Below, one piece after another: positions 50,822-59,882 of a DNA stretch of 64,000 bases. Source of the stretch: an uncultured Candidatus Rokubacteria bacterium (GTDB lineage Bacteria > Methylomirabilota > Methylomirabilia > Rokubacteriales > CSP1-6); the NCBI GenBank assembly GCA_963840495.1, contig CAWIZN010000047.1, positions 5,824 through 69,823 on the forward strand. The letters are read 5' to 3'. Both the position numbers and the translations under genes were made by a program. The notes beneath the pieces were generated by a model that was not told the DNA's origin, made no database searches, and saw nothing but the letters and a program-made list of their open reading frames with translations. Positions within the stretch are counted from its first letter, which is position 1; each line of letters opens with the position of its first letter.

Positions 50822-51318
50822 CGCTGGGCCAGTGTGCGCAGGAAGTTCACGACGTGCCAGCGCTCCTCCGCCGAGAGCGCCTCACCGTAGGACGGCATCA
50901 CGGCGCCCCCCACGCTCAGGTAGCTCTGCCAGTAGCCGTCCGTCCGACCCTTCTGAAGGTCCGCATTGGTCAGATCGGCGGGCGGCACGAACTTCGTGCT
51001 CACCGGTCCGTCGCCCTTGCCCCGCGCGCCGTGGCAGGGCGTGCAGTAGATGACGAAGAGCTCCCCGCCCTTCTGAACCGACGCCGGCGTGGCGGGGATG
51101 GGGTTGCGGCGCAGCGCGGCCGCCTCACGCTCTTCCTTGGGCAGACGCAGCTCACCGCCGCGCGGCACGCTGCCCGGCGGCATGCTGAAGGCCCGCTCTC
51201 CGGGCATGATCCGAGGCGACTCGGTCATGTTGTGGAACCAGCGATACCCGACGTTCAGGCCGAGCACGCCGGCGACGCCGCCCAGCATCAGCAGCACGAG
51301 CACGAAGACGTACTTCAT
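50818..51318 (-). CDS. actE: ActE-like membrane-anchored monoheme cytochrome c
   Basis: Starts at MKYVFVLVLLMLGG (anchor). It has a single CTPCH heme motif and a downstream Met (GGAVMPSYG). Its ATG overlaps the actD stop. Confidence 0.8.
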   Translation of the reverse strand: MKYVFVLVLLMLGGVAGVLGLNVGYRWFHNMTESPRIMPGERAFSMPPGSVPRGGELRLPKEEREAAALRRNPIPATPASVQKGGELFVIYCTPCHGARGKGDGPVSTKFVPPADLTNADLQKGRTDGYWQSYLSVGGAVMPSYGEALSAEERWHVVNFLRTLAQR

Positions 51319-51824
51319 CACCGCCGCACCTCCTCGGCCCCGGCCGAGGAGAGCATCGCCCCCACCGCTTCCGCCTTCTCGACCGGACACGCCACCGCGA
51401 CGCCGAAGCGGTCGACGCTGAAGCGCGGGTCATAGGTCGGCGACGGCTTCGTCTGGGGCAGGCGCCCGAGGATGAGGACGGCGATCAGCGTGGAGAGTCC
51501 GGTGAACAGGATGGTCAGCTCGAATGCGATGATGATGAACGGGGGAATCGAGACCGGCGCCTTGCCGCCGGTGATCAGCTCCCACTTGAGCGACGTCCAG
51601 ATGGTGAGGAAGAATGCCGTGGCCGTGCCGAGGAGCCCGCCCACCACGGCGAACAGCCGCACCTTGGACAGCGGCCGGACGCTGTCCATCTCCTCCTCGA
51701 TCTCCTCGACGGGGACCGGCGTGTAGACCTTGAGATCGGAGAAGCCCTTGGCCCGCAGCCCCTGGATGGCCCGGAGCGTGGTATCGGCGTGCGCGAAGAT
51801 CCCGAGGACGTTCACGGCCGCCAT
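51318..51824 (-). CDS. actD: ActD-like (DUF3341) subunit
   Basis: MAAVNVLGIFAHADTTLRAIQGLRAKGF... plus two transmembrane helices. I prefer the ATG at 51824, which is 1 nt after the actC stop. Confidence 0.75.
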   Translation of the reverse strand: MAAVNVLGIFAHADTTLRAIQGLRAKGFSDLKVYTPVPVEEIEEEMDSVRPLSKVRLFAVVGGLLGTATAFFLTIWTSLKWELITGGKAPVSIPPFIIIAFELTILFTGLSTLIAVLILGRLPQTKPSPTYDPRFSVDRFGVAVACPVEKAEAVGAMLSSAGAEEVRR

Positions 51825-51825
51825 C

Positions 51826-53100
51826 CTAGTGGTGGGCGCCATGGCCGTCTCTCATGGGATGTCCGAGCGCCTCCTTGACCTCGACGATGGAGAGCGACGG
51901 CATCACGCGGATGAAGGCGAGGAACAGGATGAAGAACCAGGCGAACGACCCGATGATGATCGTGCTGTCGGTGATCGTCGGGTAGTACGTCCCCCACGTG
52001 TACGGGTAGAAGTCGTGCCCGAGGCCGGGGACGATGATGTTGAAGCGCTCGAGCCACATCCCGATGAGGACGAAGATCGACACCACGTACAGGACGGTGG
52101 TGTTGAGCCGGGCCCTGCGCCAGAAGAAGACGAGCGGGGTCACGCAATTGCAGAAGTACATGCCCCAGTAGGCCCACGCGTACTGCTTCGTCGCCTTGGC
52201 GAAGACGCTCGCCCGCTCGAAGTGATCCCCGCTGTACCACGCCGTGAACACCTCGCACACGTAGAAGTACGTGAGCACCAGGCTCGTCACGAGGACCAGC
52301 TTGGCCATGGCGTCCAGATGCTTGTCGTGGATGTACGGGTACCAGTTGAAGATGTAGCGCATGGGGAGGATGAGGATCAGGACCATGGCGAAGCCGGAGA
52401 AGATGGCGCCGTCGACGAAGAAGGGCGGGAAGAGCGTGGAGTGCCACCCCGGCACGAGCGCCATCGCGAAGTCGAACGACACGACGCTGTGCACGGACAG
52501 GACGAGCGGCGTCGAGATCGCGGCGAAGATGCCGTAGGCGCGGCGGTAGTGGCGCCACTGCGAGTCCGACCCCTCCCAGCCCAGCGACATGACGGTGTAG
52601 ATCTGCTTCCGGATCCCCGTCGCCTGATCCCGCAGCGCCGCGATGTCCGGCACGAGGCCGATGAGGAAGAACACCACGCTGATGGTGAGGTAGGTGGAGA
52701 TGGCGAACACGTCCCACACCAGCGGCGACTTGAAGTTCGGCCAGAGATAGCGCTGGTTCGGGTACGGCATGAGCCAGTACGCGAACCACATCCGCCCCGC
52801 GTGGATGAGGGGGAACAGCCCGGCGGTCATGACCGCGAACACCGTCATGGCCTCGGCACCCCGGTAGATCGAGGTCCGCCATTTCGCCCGGAACAGGTAG
52901 AGCACCGCCGAGATGAGCGTGCCCGCGTGTCCGATGCCGATCCAGAACACGAAGGTCGTGATGTACATCGCCCACATCTGCGGCGAGCGCTTGCCCGCCG
53001 CGCCCATCCCGATCCAGATCTGCCAGGCCCAGGCCGCGACCCCCGCGGCGAGGGTCAGGGCGATCAGGCACATCCAGGCGAAGTACCTGTCGCCCGGCAT
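51826..53100 (-). CDS. actC: ActC-like NrfD/PsrC-family quinol-interacting membrane subunit (true start probably ATG 53181, masked by an indel)
   Basis: 424-aa ORF with about 10 helices. Upstream, in-frame but with no start codon, the sequence reads ...TTTTPNPTWADVNRDVIRTVS. An ATG that overlaps the actB stop is 1 nt out of frame. Confidence 0.85.
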   Translation of the reverse strand: MPGDRYFAWMCLIALTLAAGVAAWAWQIWIGMGAAGKRSPQMWAMYITTFVFWIGIGHAGTLISAVLYLFRAKWRTSIYRGAEAMTVFAVMTAGLFPLIHAGRMWFAYWLMPYPNQRYLWPNFKSPLVWDVFAISTYLTISVVFFLIGLVPDIAALRDQATGIRKQIYTVMSLGWEGSDSQWRHYRRAYGIFAAISTPLVLSVHSVVSFDFAMALVPGWHSTLFPPFFVDGAIFSGFAMVLILILPMRYIFNWYPYIHDKHLDAMAKLVLVTSLVLTYFYVCEVFTAWYSGDHFERASVFAKATKQYAWAYWGMYFCNCVTPLVFFWRRARLNTTVLYVVSIFVLIGMWLERFNIIVPGLGHDFYPYTWGTYYPTITDSTIIIGSFAWFFILFLAFIRVMPSLSIVEVKEALGHPMRDGHGAHH

Positions 53101-53178
53101 GCTGACCGTCCGGATGACGTCGCGGTTGACGTCGGCCCAGGTCGGATTCGGGGTGGTCGTGGTGGCACTCGGCGGGCG

Positions 53179-56178
53179 TCATGCCTTGTGCCCCTTGTCC
53201 GGTCCCGTCTCGACGTGGCGCACCACCTTCTTGAGGTAGGTCACGGCGGGCCGCGTCCCCAGCTCCTCGAGCACGTGGTAGCTGCGCGGGGAGCGGGAGA
53301 GCTTCGACACGCGCGCGCCCCCGTCCTTCAAGTTGCCGAAGGTGATGGCCTGCGTCGGGCAGGTCTGCTGACACGCGGTCTGGATCTCGCCGTCCTTCAC
53401 CGGGCGGCCCTCGTCGCGGGCGCGATCCTTGCCCGCGATGGTGCGCTGCACGCACATGGTGCACTTCTCCATGATGCCGAGCTGCCGCACCGTCACGTCG
53501 GGGTTGAGCTGGACGTCGAGCGGCGACGGCCACGTGTAGTTGAACCAGTTGAACCGGCGCACGTGGTACGGGCAGTTATTGCCGCAGTAGCGCGTCCCCA
53601 CGCAGCGGTTGTAGATCTGGGCGTTCAGCCCCTCGCGAGTGTGATAGGCCGCGTAGACCGGGCAGACCGGCTCGCACGGCGCGATCTCACAGTGCTGGCA
53701 GAACATCGGCAGGAAGAAGTTCTCCGGATCGTCGTGCTTGCCTTCCTGCCAGCGCTCCAGGCGCAGCCAGTGCTGGTCGCGCCCGTAGGCCACCTGCTCC
53801 TTGCCCACCACCGGGACATTGTTCTCGGCGACGCAGGCGACCACACAGGCCTGACACCCGGTGCAGAGGTCGACGTCCACCGACATGCCCCACCGGTACT
53901 CCGGATACTTGACCGCAGGGTACATGCTCGGGTGGCTCGCGTGCTCGGGTGCCCGCCCGCGCAGCTCGAGCTCCCGCGCCGCGCCGAGGGCGACGTGCTG
54001 AGCGATCTCGCGATCGTCCTGGTCCTGCGTGGCCTGCGGAATGGCGAGCGAGCGGCGCGCGCCCGTCACGGCGAGCTGCACTTTGACCGCCAGGTACGGC
54101 AGCCCCCCCGATGCCGCCTCGGGTGTCGCCCCCAGCAGCACCATCGGGTTCGCGCCCGTATTGAGCCCCCGCTGGCGCGCATACTCGCCCGCATAGGCAT
54201 GCCCCTGTCCCATCGCCACCGCCACCGCCCCCGGGTGAATCGTGTCCGACGGATAGGCCGGCAGCTCGATGCTGCCGTAGGGCGACGTCAGCTTGACGAG
54301 GTCCCCGCGCTTCAGCGCGAGCTGGGTGGCCGTCGCCGAGGGGACCTCGACCCAGCCATCCCACGTGATCTGGGTCATGACGTCCGGCGCTTCCTGCAGC
54401 CACGGCTTGTCGGCGCCCCGGCCGTCGTAGAAGCGCGCGGACGGGTAGACGAGGAGCGCGTGCGATCCGCCCCCTTCGAGCTTGGCGGCCGCCGGCGCGA
54501 TTCGCGGCAGGTCGGCCTTGGGCGCCGCCGCCGCGGCCGGCACGGAGCGCCAGACGCCCCCGCGCTCGAGGGAGGCCTGCCAGAAGTCGATGAAGGGCTG
54601 CCCGGCCCCGTAGTCCTTGGCGAGCTTCTTCCACTCGTCCTTCACCAGCTCCTCGAAGCTCGCCCACTTGAGCGGGCCCTTGGCCGCATCCTCGCCCAGC
54701 ACCTGACGCCCGATCGACAGCAGGATATCGCCGGTGGACTTGCCGGCCACCGGCTTGCCGTCGATCTGGACGGGCCCCATGGTCGGCTGCATGAGCCCGA
54801 TCACGCCGTCCTCGGCGGCAAAATCCCCCCACGACTCGAGCGGATGGAGAGCGGGCAACACGAGGCCCGCACGCGACGCCGTCTCGTTGGGCCGATTGGC
54901 CAGGCTCACCACGAGCGGAACCTTGCCGAGGGCCTCGGCGAAGCCCGACTTGGCGGGCATCGTGAACACCGGATTCCCGTCGGCGAGGATCAGGACCTCC
55001 ACCTCGCCCTTGCCCATCGCCTCCGTCAGGCTCAGCATCTCGGCGTAGGGACTGGCCTTGCCGAACGCGGAATCGCCGCCGAAGCGGACGAGCTTCGGAT
55101 AGGCGCCGAGCGCGACGTTGAGGAGGTTGATGGCGATCTGCGTCTCGGTCGCATTGGTGCCGGTCACGCCCACGCCGCCGCCGAGGGCGAGCCCGCTCTT
55201 CGAGGCCGCGGCCTCGTGGGCCAGCCGCTTGATGGTCTCGGCGGGCACCCCCGACGCCGTCGCCGCGGCCGCGAGGTCCACGCCGCCCACCGCGCCGCGG
55301 AGCATCGCCAGCTCGGACGCGCCGCCCGCCGCCCATCCTTCGTCCACGATGACCTTGAGGATGGCGAGCGCGAGCACGCCTTCGGTGCCCGGCGCATTGC
55401 GCACCCACTCGTCGGCATTGCCGGCCGTCATGGACATCCGCGGCTCGATGTGCACCGCCGTGCCGGCTCGGCCATTGACGAAGCCATGCATCTGGGCGAA
55501 GCCGACGGAATTGCCGAGCGCGCCGAGCCACGTCTCGAGGAAATCGGCGCCGAAGGACAGGAGATAGCCCGCCTCGCCGATGGCGTAGTGCGGAATGGCG
55601 TCGCGTCCGAACACGGCGCGATTGGATGCCCGCAGGGACTCGTACCCGATCGCCTCGTACGCCACCCGCGGCCGCGCGCCGAAGACGCGGACCCAGTCGT
55701 CCATGAGACGCCCGAGGGATCCCGACTCGAGCCCGCTCACCAGCGCGATCTTCCGCCCCTGGCCGGCCTTCACAAGGGCGCCGACCTTGTCGGCCACTTG
55801 CTTCTCGGCCTCGTCCCAGGCGAGGGGCTTGCCCGCGGAGAGCGCCCCGCGATAGCGATCGGGATGGTACAGGCCCTGGAGAGCCGCTTGCCCTGCGATG
55901 CAGAGCGCCCCACCCGTCCCCGGGAAGCTCGGATTGCCCTCGAGCTTGATGATGCGGCCATCGCGGTTCTTCGCGAGCACGCCGCATCCGGAAGGGCATT
56001 CGCGACAGGTGGTCGCGAAGTACGTCGCGACCCCGGGGATGATCTCTTCGGGAGGCGTCACCAGAGAGAGCAGCTCACCGGCGGGACGGCTACAACCGCT
56101 GGCCGCCGCGACGGCGCCGGAGGTGGCGATGACCTTGAAGAACGACCTGCGGTCTATCTGGCCCCCTGGCCCGCTCAT
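53179..56178 (-). CDS. actB: ActB-like fusion of a molybdopterin-oxidoreductase-fold domain and a 4-cluster ferredoxin domain, with Tat signal
   Basis: Intact 999 aa. Tat motif DRRSFFK. N-terminal Cys group CRECPSGCG. C-terminal motifs CTGCQACVVAC, CQHCEIAPCEPVCP, CVGTRYCGNNCPY and CTMC...CQQTCP. Confidence 0.9.
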   Translation of the reverse strand: MSGPGGQIDRRSFFKVIATSGAVAAASGCSRPAGELLSLVTPPEEIIPGVATYFATTCRECPSGCGVLAKNRDGRIIKLEGNPSFPGTGGALCIAGQAALQGLYHPDRYRGALSAGKPLAWDEAEKQVADKVGALVKAGQGRKIALVSGLESGSLGRLMDDWVRVFGARPRVAYEAIGYESLRASNRAVFGRDAIPHYAIGEAGYLLSFGADFLETWLGALGNSVGFAQMHGFVNGRAGTAVHIEPRMSMTAGNADEWVRNAPGTEGVLALAILKVIVDEGWAAGGASELAMLRGAVGGVDLAAAATASGVPAETIKRLAHEAAASKSGLALGGGVGVTGTNATETQIAINLLNVALGAYPKLVRFGGDSAFGKASPYAEMLSLTEAMGKGEVEVLILADGNPVFTMPAKSGFAEALGKVPLVVSLANRPNETASRAGLVLPALHPLESWGDFAAEDGVIGLMQPTMGPVQIDGKPVAGKSTGDILLSIGRQVLGEDAAKGPLKWASFEELVKDEWKKLAKDYGAGQPFIDFWQASLERGGVWRSVPAAAAAPKADLPRIAPAAAKLEGGGSHALLVYPSARFYDGRGADKPWLQEAPDVMTQITWDGWVEVPSATATQLALKRGDLVKLTSPYGSIELPAYPSDTIHPGAVAVAMGQGHAYAGEYARQRGLNTGANPMVLLGATPEAASGGLPYLAVKVQLAVTGARRSLAIPQATQDQDDREIAQHVALGAARELELRGRAPEHASHPSMYPAVKYPEYRWGMSVDVDLCTGCQACVVACVAENNVPVVGKEQVAYGRDQHWLRLERWQEGKHDDPENFFLPMFCQHCEIAPCEPVCPVYAAYHTREGLNAQIYNRCVGTRYCGNNCPYHVRRFNWFNYTWPSPLDVQLNPDVTVRQLGIMEKCTMCVQRTIAGKDRARDEGRPVKDGEIQTACQQTCPTQAITFGNLKDGGARVSKLSRSPRSYHVLEELGTRPAVTYLKKVVRHVETGPDKGHKA

Positions 56179-56268
56179 CGACTCATCTCGTTCGAAAGGT
56201 CCTCAAGCGAAGGTTGAGGGATGGCTGCGGTCGGCCCGACCGCACGTGTCCGGGCCCAAACCTTGTGA

Positions 56269-56298
56269 ACCCTATCACGTGCCTTTCAAAACTGTCAA
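56269..56298 (-). promoter_or_regulatory. candidate sigma70-type promoter of the act operon
   Basis: The minus strand reads TTGACA-N18-TAGGGT, about 90 nt upstream of the actB ATG and directly after the hemL terminator hairpin. Confidence 0.4.
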
Positions 56299-56310
56299 GC
56301 GCGAACAGCG

Positions 56311-56337
56311 GAAAAGAGCCTCGGCGCGAGTGCGCCG
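56311..56337 (-). terminator. candidate intrinsic terminator after hemL
   Basis: The minus strand reads CGGCGC-ACUC-GCGCCG followed by AGGCUCUUUUCC. It starts 4 nt after the hemL stop. Confidence 0.45.
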
Positions 56338-56340
56338 GCG

Positions 56341-57630
56341 TCAGCGGAGCGCGTCGAGAGCCTGCCGACAGGCGCGCGCGGCCTCGTCGAGATCCTCGTC
56401 GCGGTGCGCGAGGGAGACGAACGCCGCTTCGAACTGCGACGGAGCGAGAAAGACGCCGCGCTCGAGCATGCCGTGGAAGAAGCGGGCGTAGCGGGCGGTG
56501 TCGGCCCGCTTCGCCGATGCGTAGTCGGTCACCGGGCCGTCGGTGAAAAATGCCGTCAACATCGACCCGACGCGGTTCACCGTCACGGGCACACCCGTGG
56601 CGCGCGCCGCCTCGGCGATCCCCGATTCCATTCGCGCGCCCAGCCGCTCGAGCCGCTCGTACGCATCGCCCCGCTCGAGCGCCCGGAGCGCCGCGAGGCC
56701 CGCGGCCACGGCGAGGGGATTGCCCGACAGCGTCCCCGCCTGGTACACCTGCCCGAGCGGCGCGACGTGCGCCATCAGCTCGCGCGAGCCGCCGTACGCG
56801 CCGACCGGGAGCCCGCCTCCGATGATCTTGCCGAGGCACGTGAGATCGGGCCGGACGCCGTAGCGCGCCTGCGCGCCTCCCCAGGCGACGCGGAAGCCGG
56901 TGATCACCTCGTCGAAGACGAGCAGCGCGCCGTGGCGGGTGCAGAGCTCGCGCAGGCCGGCGAGAAAGCCCGGCGCGGGCGGGACCACACCCATGTTGCC
57001 GGCCACCGGCTCCACGATGAGCGCCGCGACACGCCCGGGGTGAGCTTCGAGCGCGGCCTTGACCGCCGCGAGGTCGTTGAACGGCACGGCCAGGGTCAGC
57101 GCGGCCAGCGCCGCCGGCACCCCCAGGCTGTCGGGCACGCCGAAGGTCGCGCCGCCCGAGCCCGCCTTGACGAGCAGGCTGTCGGCGTGTCCGTGATAGC
57201 ACCCGTCGAACTTGACGATGACGTCGCGCCCGGTCGCCCCGCGCGCGAGCCTGATCGCGCTCATCGCCGCCTCCGTGCCCGAGGACACGAGGCGCACCAT
57301 CTCCATGGACGGCACCGCGCGCGAGATCATCTCCGCCATCTCGACCTCGGCGCGGGTGGGCGCTCCATAGCTCGTCCCCCGCCGCGTGGCCTCGGTGACC
57401 GCCTCGACCACCGCCGCCGCGGCGTGGCCGAGGATGAGCGGTCCCCACGAGCCGAGGAAGTCGATGTAGGAGCGACCGTCGGCGTCCACGACGCGCGCCC
57501 CCTCGGCGCGCTCCACGAAGATCGGCGTGCCGCCCACACCCCGGAACGCGCGCACGGGACTGTTGACACCGCCGGGGATCACGCGCTGCGCGGCGTCGAA
57601 CAGCGCTTCGGAATTCCTCACATCGGACAT
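56341..57630 (-). CDS. hemL: glutamate-1-semialdehyde 2,1-aminomutase
   Basis: Intact 429 aa. Motifs: ...[10 protein letters not shown]...SGTEA...DEVITGFR...LGKIIGGG (PLP Lys). Confidence 0.95.
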   Translation of the reverse strand: MSDVRNSEALFDAAQRVIPGGVNSPVRAFRGVGGTPIFVERAEGARVVDADGRSYIDFLGSWGPLILGHAAAAVVEAVTEATRRGTSYGAPTRAEVEMAEMISRAVPSMEMVRLVSSGTEAAMSAIRLARGATGRDVIVKFDGCYHGHADSLLVKAGSGGATFGVPDSLGVPAALAALTLAVPFNDLAAVKAALEAHPGRVAALIVEPVAGNMGVVPPAPGFLAGLRELCTRHGALLVFDEVITGFRVAWGGAQARYGVRPDLTCLGKIIGGGLPVGAYGGSRELMAHVAPLGQVYQAGTLSGNPLAVAAGLAALRALERGDAYERLERLGARMESGIAEAARATGVPVTVNRVGSMLTAFFTDGPVTDYASAKRADTARYARFFHGMLERGVFLAPSQFEAAFVSLAHRDEDLDEAARACRQALDALR

Positions 57631-58070
57631 TCGACGAAGTCCCGCGCGGCCGGCGTCCAGACGAAGGCCCGGATATCGGCCACCTTGCCCTCCATCACGG
57701 AGACGACCACGTACGTCGCCGCGGGATAGAAGGGCTCGCCGTTCATCAGCGCGTTCTGCTTGTCGGTGGCCGAGAAGTAGGCGCCGGCGTCGATGTGCGA
57801 GTGATAGATGACGTCGACCCCATAGCCCTGGCCCTCGCGCCGCCCGATCGCGAGGAGGTCCTTGGGGTCGATGAAGTACGCCGTGCGGGCATCCCGCGGG
57901 TGTCGCTCGGGATCCTTGGCGTGCAGCTCGTTCTGCACGTTCTTGCAGGGCAGGAGCAGGCGATGGGGCTCAGCACCGGCGCGGGTCAGGAGCACCCCGC
58001 AGCACTCCGCCGGGTATTCGGCCTCGGCCTGCTCGCGCACCCGAGCCCACTCGTCTTCAGACAGGATCAT
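57618..58070 (-). CDS. mec: JAMM/MPN+ metalloprotease (Mec/CysO-cysteine peptidase-like)
   Basis: Intact 150 aa. Motifs: E..ECCG and the JAMM motif [14 protein letters not shown]. Its stop overlaps the hemL start by 13 nt. Confidence 0.8.
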   Translation of the reverse strand: MILSEDEWARVREQAEAEYPAECCGVLLTRAGAEPHRLLLPCKNVQNELHAKDPERHPRDARTAYFIDPKDLLAIGRREGQGYGVDVIYHSHIDAGAYFSATDKQNALMNGEPFYPAATYVVVSVMEGKVADIRAFVWTPAARDFVECPM

Positions 58071-58099
58071 GGGACAGGATCATTCAGAGGCAGGGTCGT

Positions 58100-58390
58100 T
58101 CAGGCCGGGGTCGAGGACCCGCCGGCGAGCGCGGGAATGATCGACACCTCATCGCCGTCCTTGAGCGGCGTCGCCAGGCCTTGCAGCGACTCGATGCCCT
58201 CGTTGTTGACGTAGATGTTCACGTGGTCGTGGACCTCGCCCCGGTCGTTCCGGACGAGACCCTTGAGCGCGGCGAAGCTCTCCTCCAGCTCGTCCAGCAG
58301 CGCCTCCACATCCGGCGCCTCGAGGCTCAGGCGGTCCTGGTTGTTCGTCGCCCGCCGGAACGGCGTCGGGATATAGACCTGTACGCTCAT
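58100..58390 (-). CDS. cysO: MoaD/ThiS-family sulfur-carrier protein (CysO-like) with residues after the GG motif
   Basis: 96 aa from MSVQVYIPTPFRRATNNQDRL..., ending ...GDEVSIIPALAGG-SSTPA*. Confidence 0.75.
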   Translation of the reverse strand: MSVQVYIPTPFRRATNNQDRLSLEAPDVEALLDELEESFAALKGLVRNDRGEVHDHVNIYVNNEGIESLQGLATPLKDGDEVSIIPALAGGSSTPA

Positions 58391-58435
58391 GGCGCCTTCC
58401 TTCGGCTCGTGGTTGGGCTGAGACCTGCGCCGCAC

Positions 58436-59376
58436 TCAGAACGCGACGCTCAAATAGCGCTCCCCAGTATCGCACAGCACCGTGACGACGATCTGGTCCC
58501 CCGGCATCTGCGCGGCGACCTGGCAGGCCGCCCAGACATTGGCGCCCGCCGAGATGCCGACGAGGAGCCCTTCCTCGCGCGCCAGCCGGCGCGCCGTCGC
58601 CGTGGCGTCCTCGTCGCGCACCAGCACGATCTCGTCGAGGATCGCCCGGTTGAGCACGCCGGGCACGAAGGACGCGCCGATGCCCTGGATGCCGTGGGGT
58701 CGAAAGCGCCCCCCGAGAGCACGGGCGAGCGCGCGGGCTCGACGCCGACGATCCGCACGCCGGGCACGCGCTCCTTGAGCACCTCGCCCACGCCGGTGAC
58801 GGTGCCCCCCGTGCCGATCGCGGCGACGAACGCGTCGAGCCGCCCGTCCGTCGCCTCCAGGATCTCGACGGCCGTCGTGCGCCGGTGCACCTCGGGATTG
58901 GCCGGGTTCTCGAACTGCATCGGCATGAAGTACTCCGCGTGCTCCCGGCACATCTCCTGGGCGGCGAACACGGCGCCCGTCATGCCCTCGATGGCCGGCG
59001 TCAGGTGAATCTCGGCGCCGTAGCGCGCGAACAGGCGCTGGCGCTCCACGCTCATGTCGTCGGGCATGGTCAGGATGAGCCGATAGCCGCGAACGGCGCA
59101 CACCATCGCGAGGCCCACGCCGGTATTGCCGCTCGTCGGCTCGACCACCGTGGCGCCGGGCTTCAAGACGCCCCGGCGCTCCGCGTCGTCCACCATCGCG
59201 TAGGCGATGCGATCCTTGACGCTCCCGGCGGGATTGAGCGACTCCACCTTGGCGAGCACGGTGGCGCCCTCGGGCTTCGGAATGCGGTTGAGCTTGACGA
59301 GCGGCGTGCCGCCGATCAGCTCCAGGACCGACGCGGCCACCCGGGGCCGCCCACTCGACGATCTCTTCTGGGTCAT
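58436..59376 (-). CDS. cysM: cysteine synthase (CysM/CysK family; indel at the C-run 58709-58714)
   Basis: The N-terminus reads ...[11 protein letters not shown]...[14 protein letters not shown] (PLP Lys)...[12 protein letters not shown]...GTGGTVTG. The C-terminus is in ORF 58436..59434 and reads ...[10 protein letters not shown]...GISAGAN.... Confidence 0.9.
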
Positions 59377-59438
59377 GGCTCGCAATCCTATCGGGAACGC
59401 TGATTCCCGGCGAAAAAAAACGCGGACGAGGCAACCGC

Positions 59439-59882
59439 TCAGATGTGATACATCGGCCGCGCCGTCCGCCGCTGCTCCTCGGCCCGGCGCTTGAGATCTT
59501 CCAGGGTCAGCCGGTCGATCACCCCCGACACCGCCGCGTCGATCTCCCGCCACAGCTCGGCGAGGTCCCCGACGTCGTCCGCCGGCACCCGGCGGCCACC
59601 TCGGCCGGCCGCATCGCCCCCCTCCGTCCCCTCCACCGCCCGCAACACCGCGCCCACCGTGATCTGATCCGCGGGCCGGCCCAGGCGGTACCCGCCCGCC
59701 GACCCGCGGCGCGACATCAGAAAGCCCGCGCGCTTGAGCCCCAGCAGCACCTGCTCGAGGTAGCGCTGGGGAATCCCCTGCCGCGCCGCGATGTCCTGGA
59801 TGGGCTGGAGATCACCGGTCGCGTGCAGCGCAAGATCGAGCAGCGCCTTGACGGCGTACTCGCTCTTCGCCGACAGCCTCAC
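59439..59882 (-). CDS. Rrf2-family transcriptional regulator (IscR/CymR-like)
   Basis: [67 protein letters not shown]. Its GTG overlaps the hemB stop. Confidence 0.85.
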   Translation of the reverse strand: MRLSAKSEYAVKALLDLALHATGDLQPIQDIAARQGIPQRYLEQVLLGLKRAGFLMSRRGSAGGYRLGRPADQITVGAVLRAVEGTEGGDAAGRGGRRVPADDVGDLAELWREIDAAVSGVIDRLTLEDLKRRAEEQRRTARPMYHI

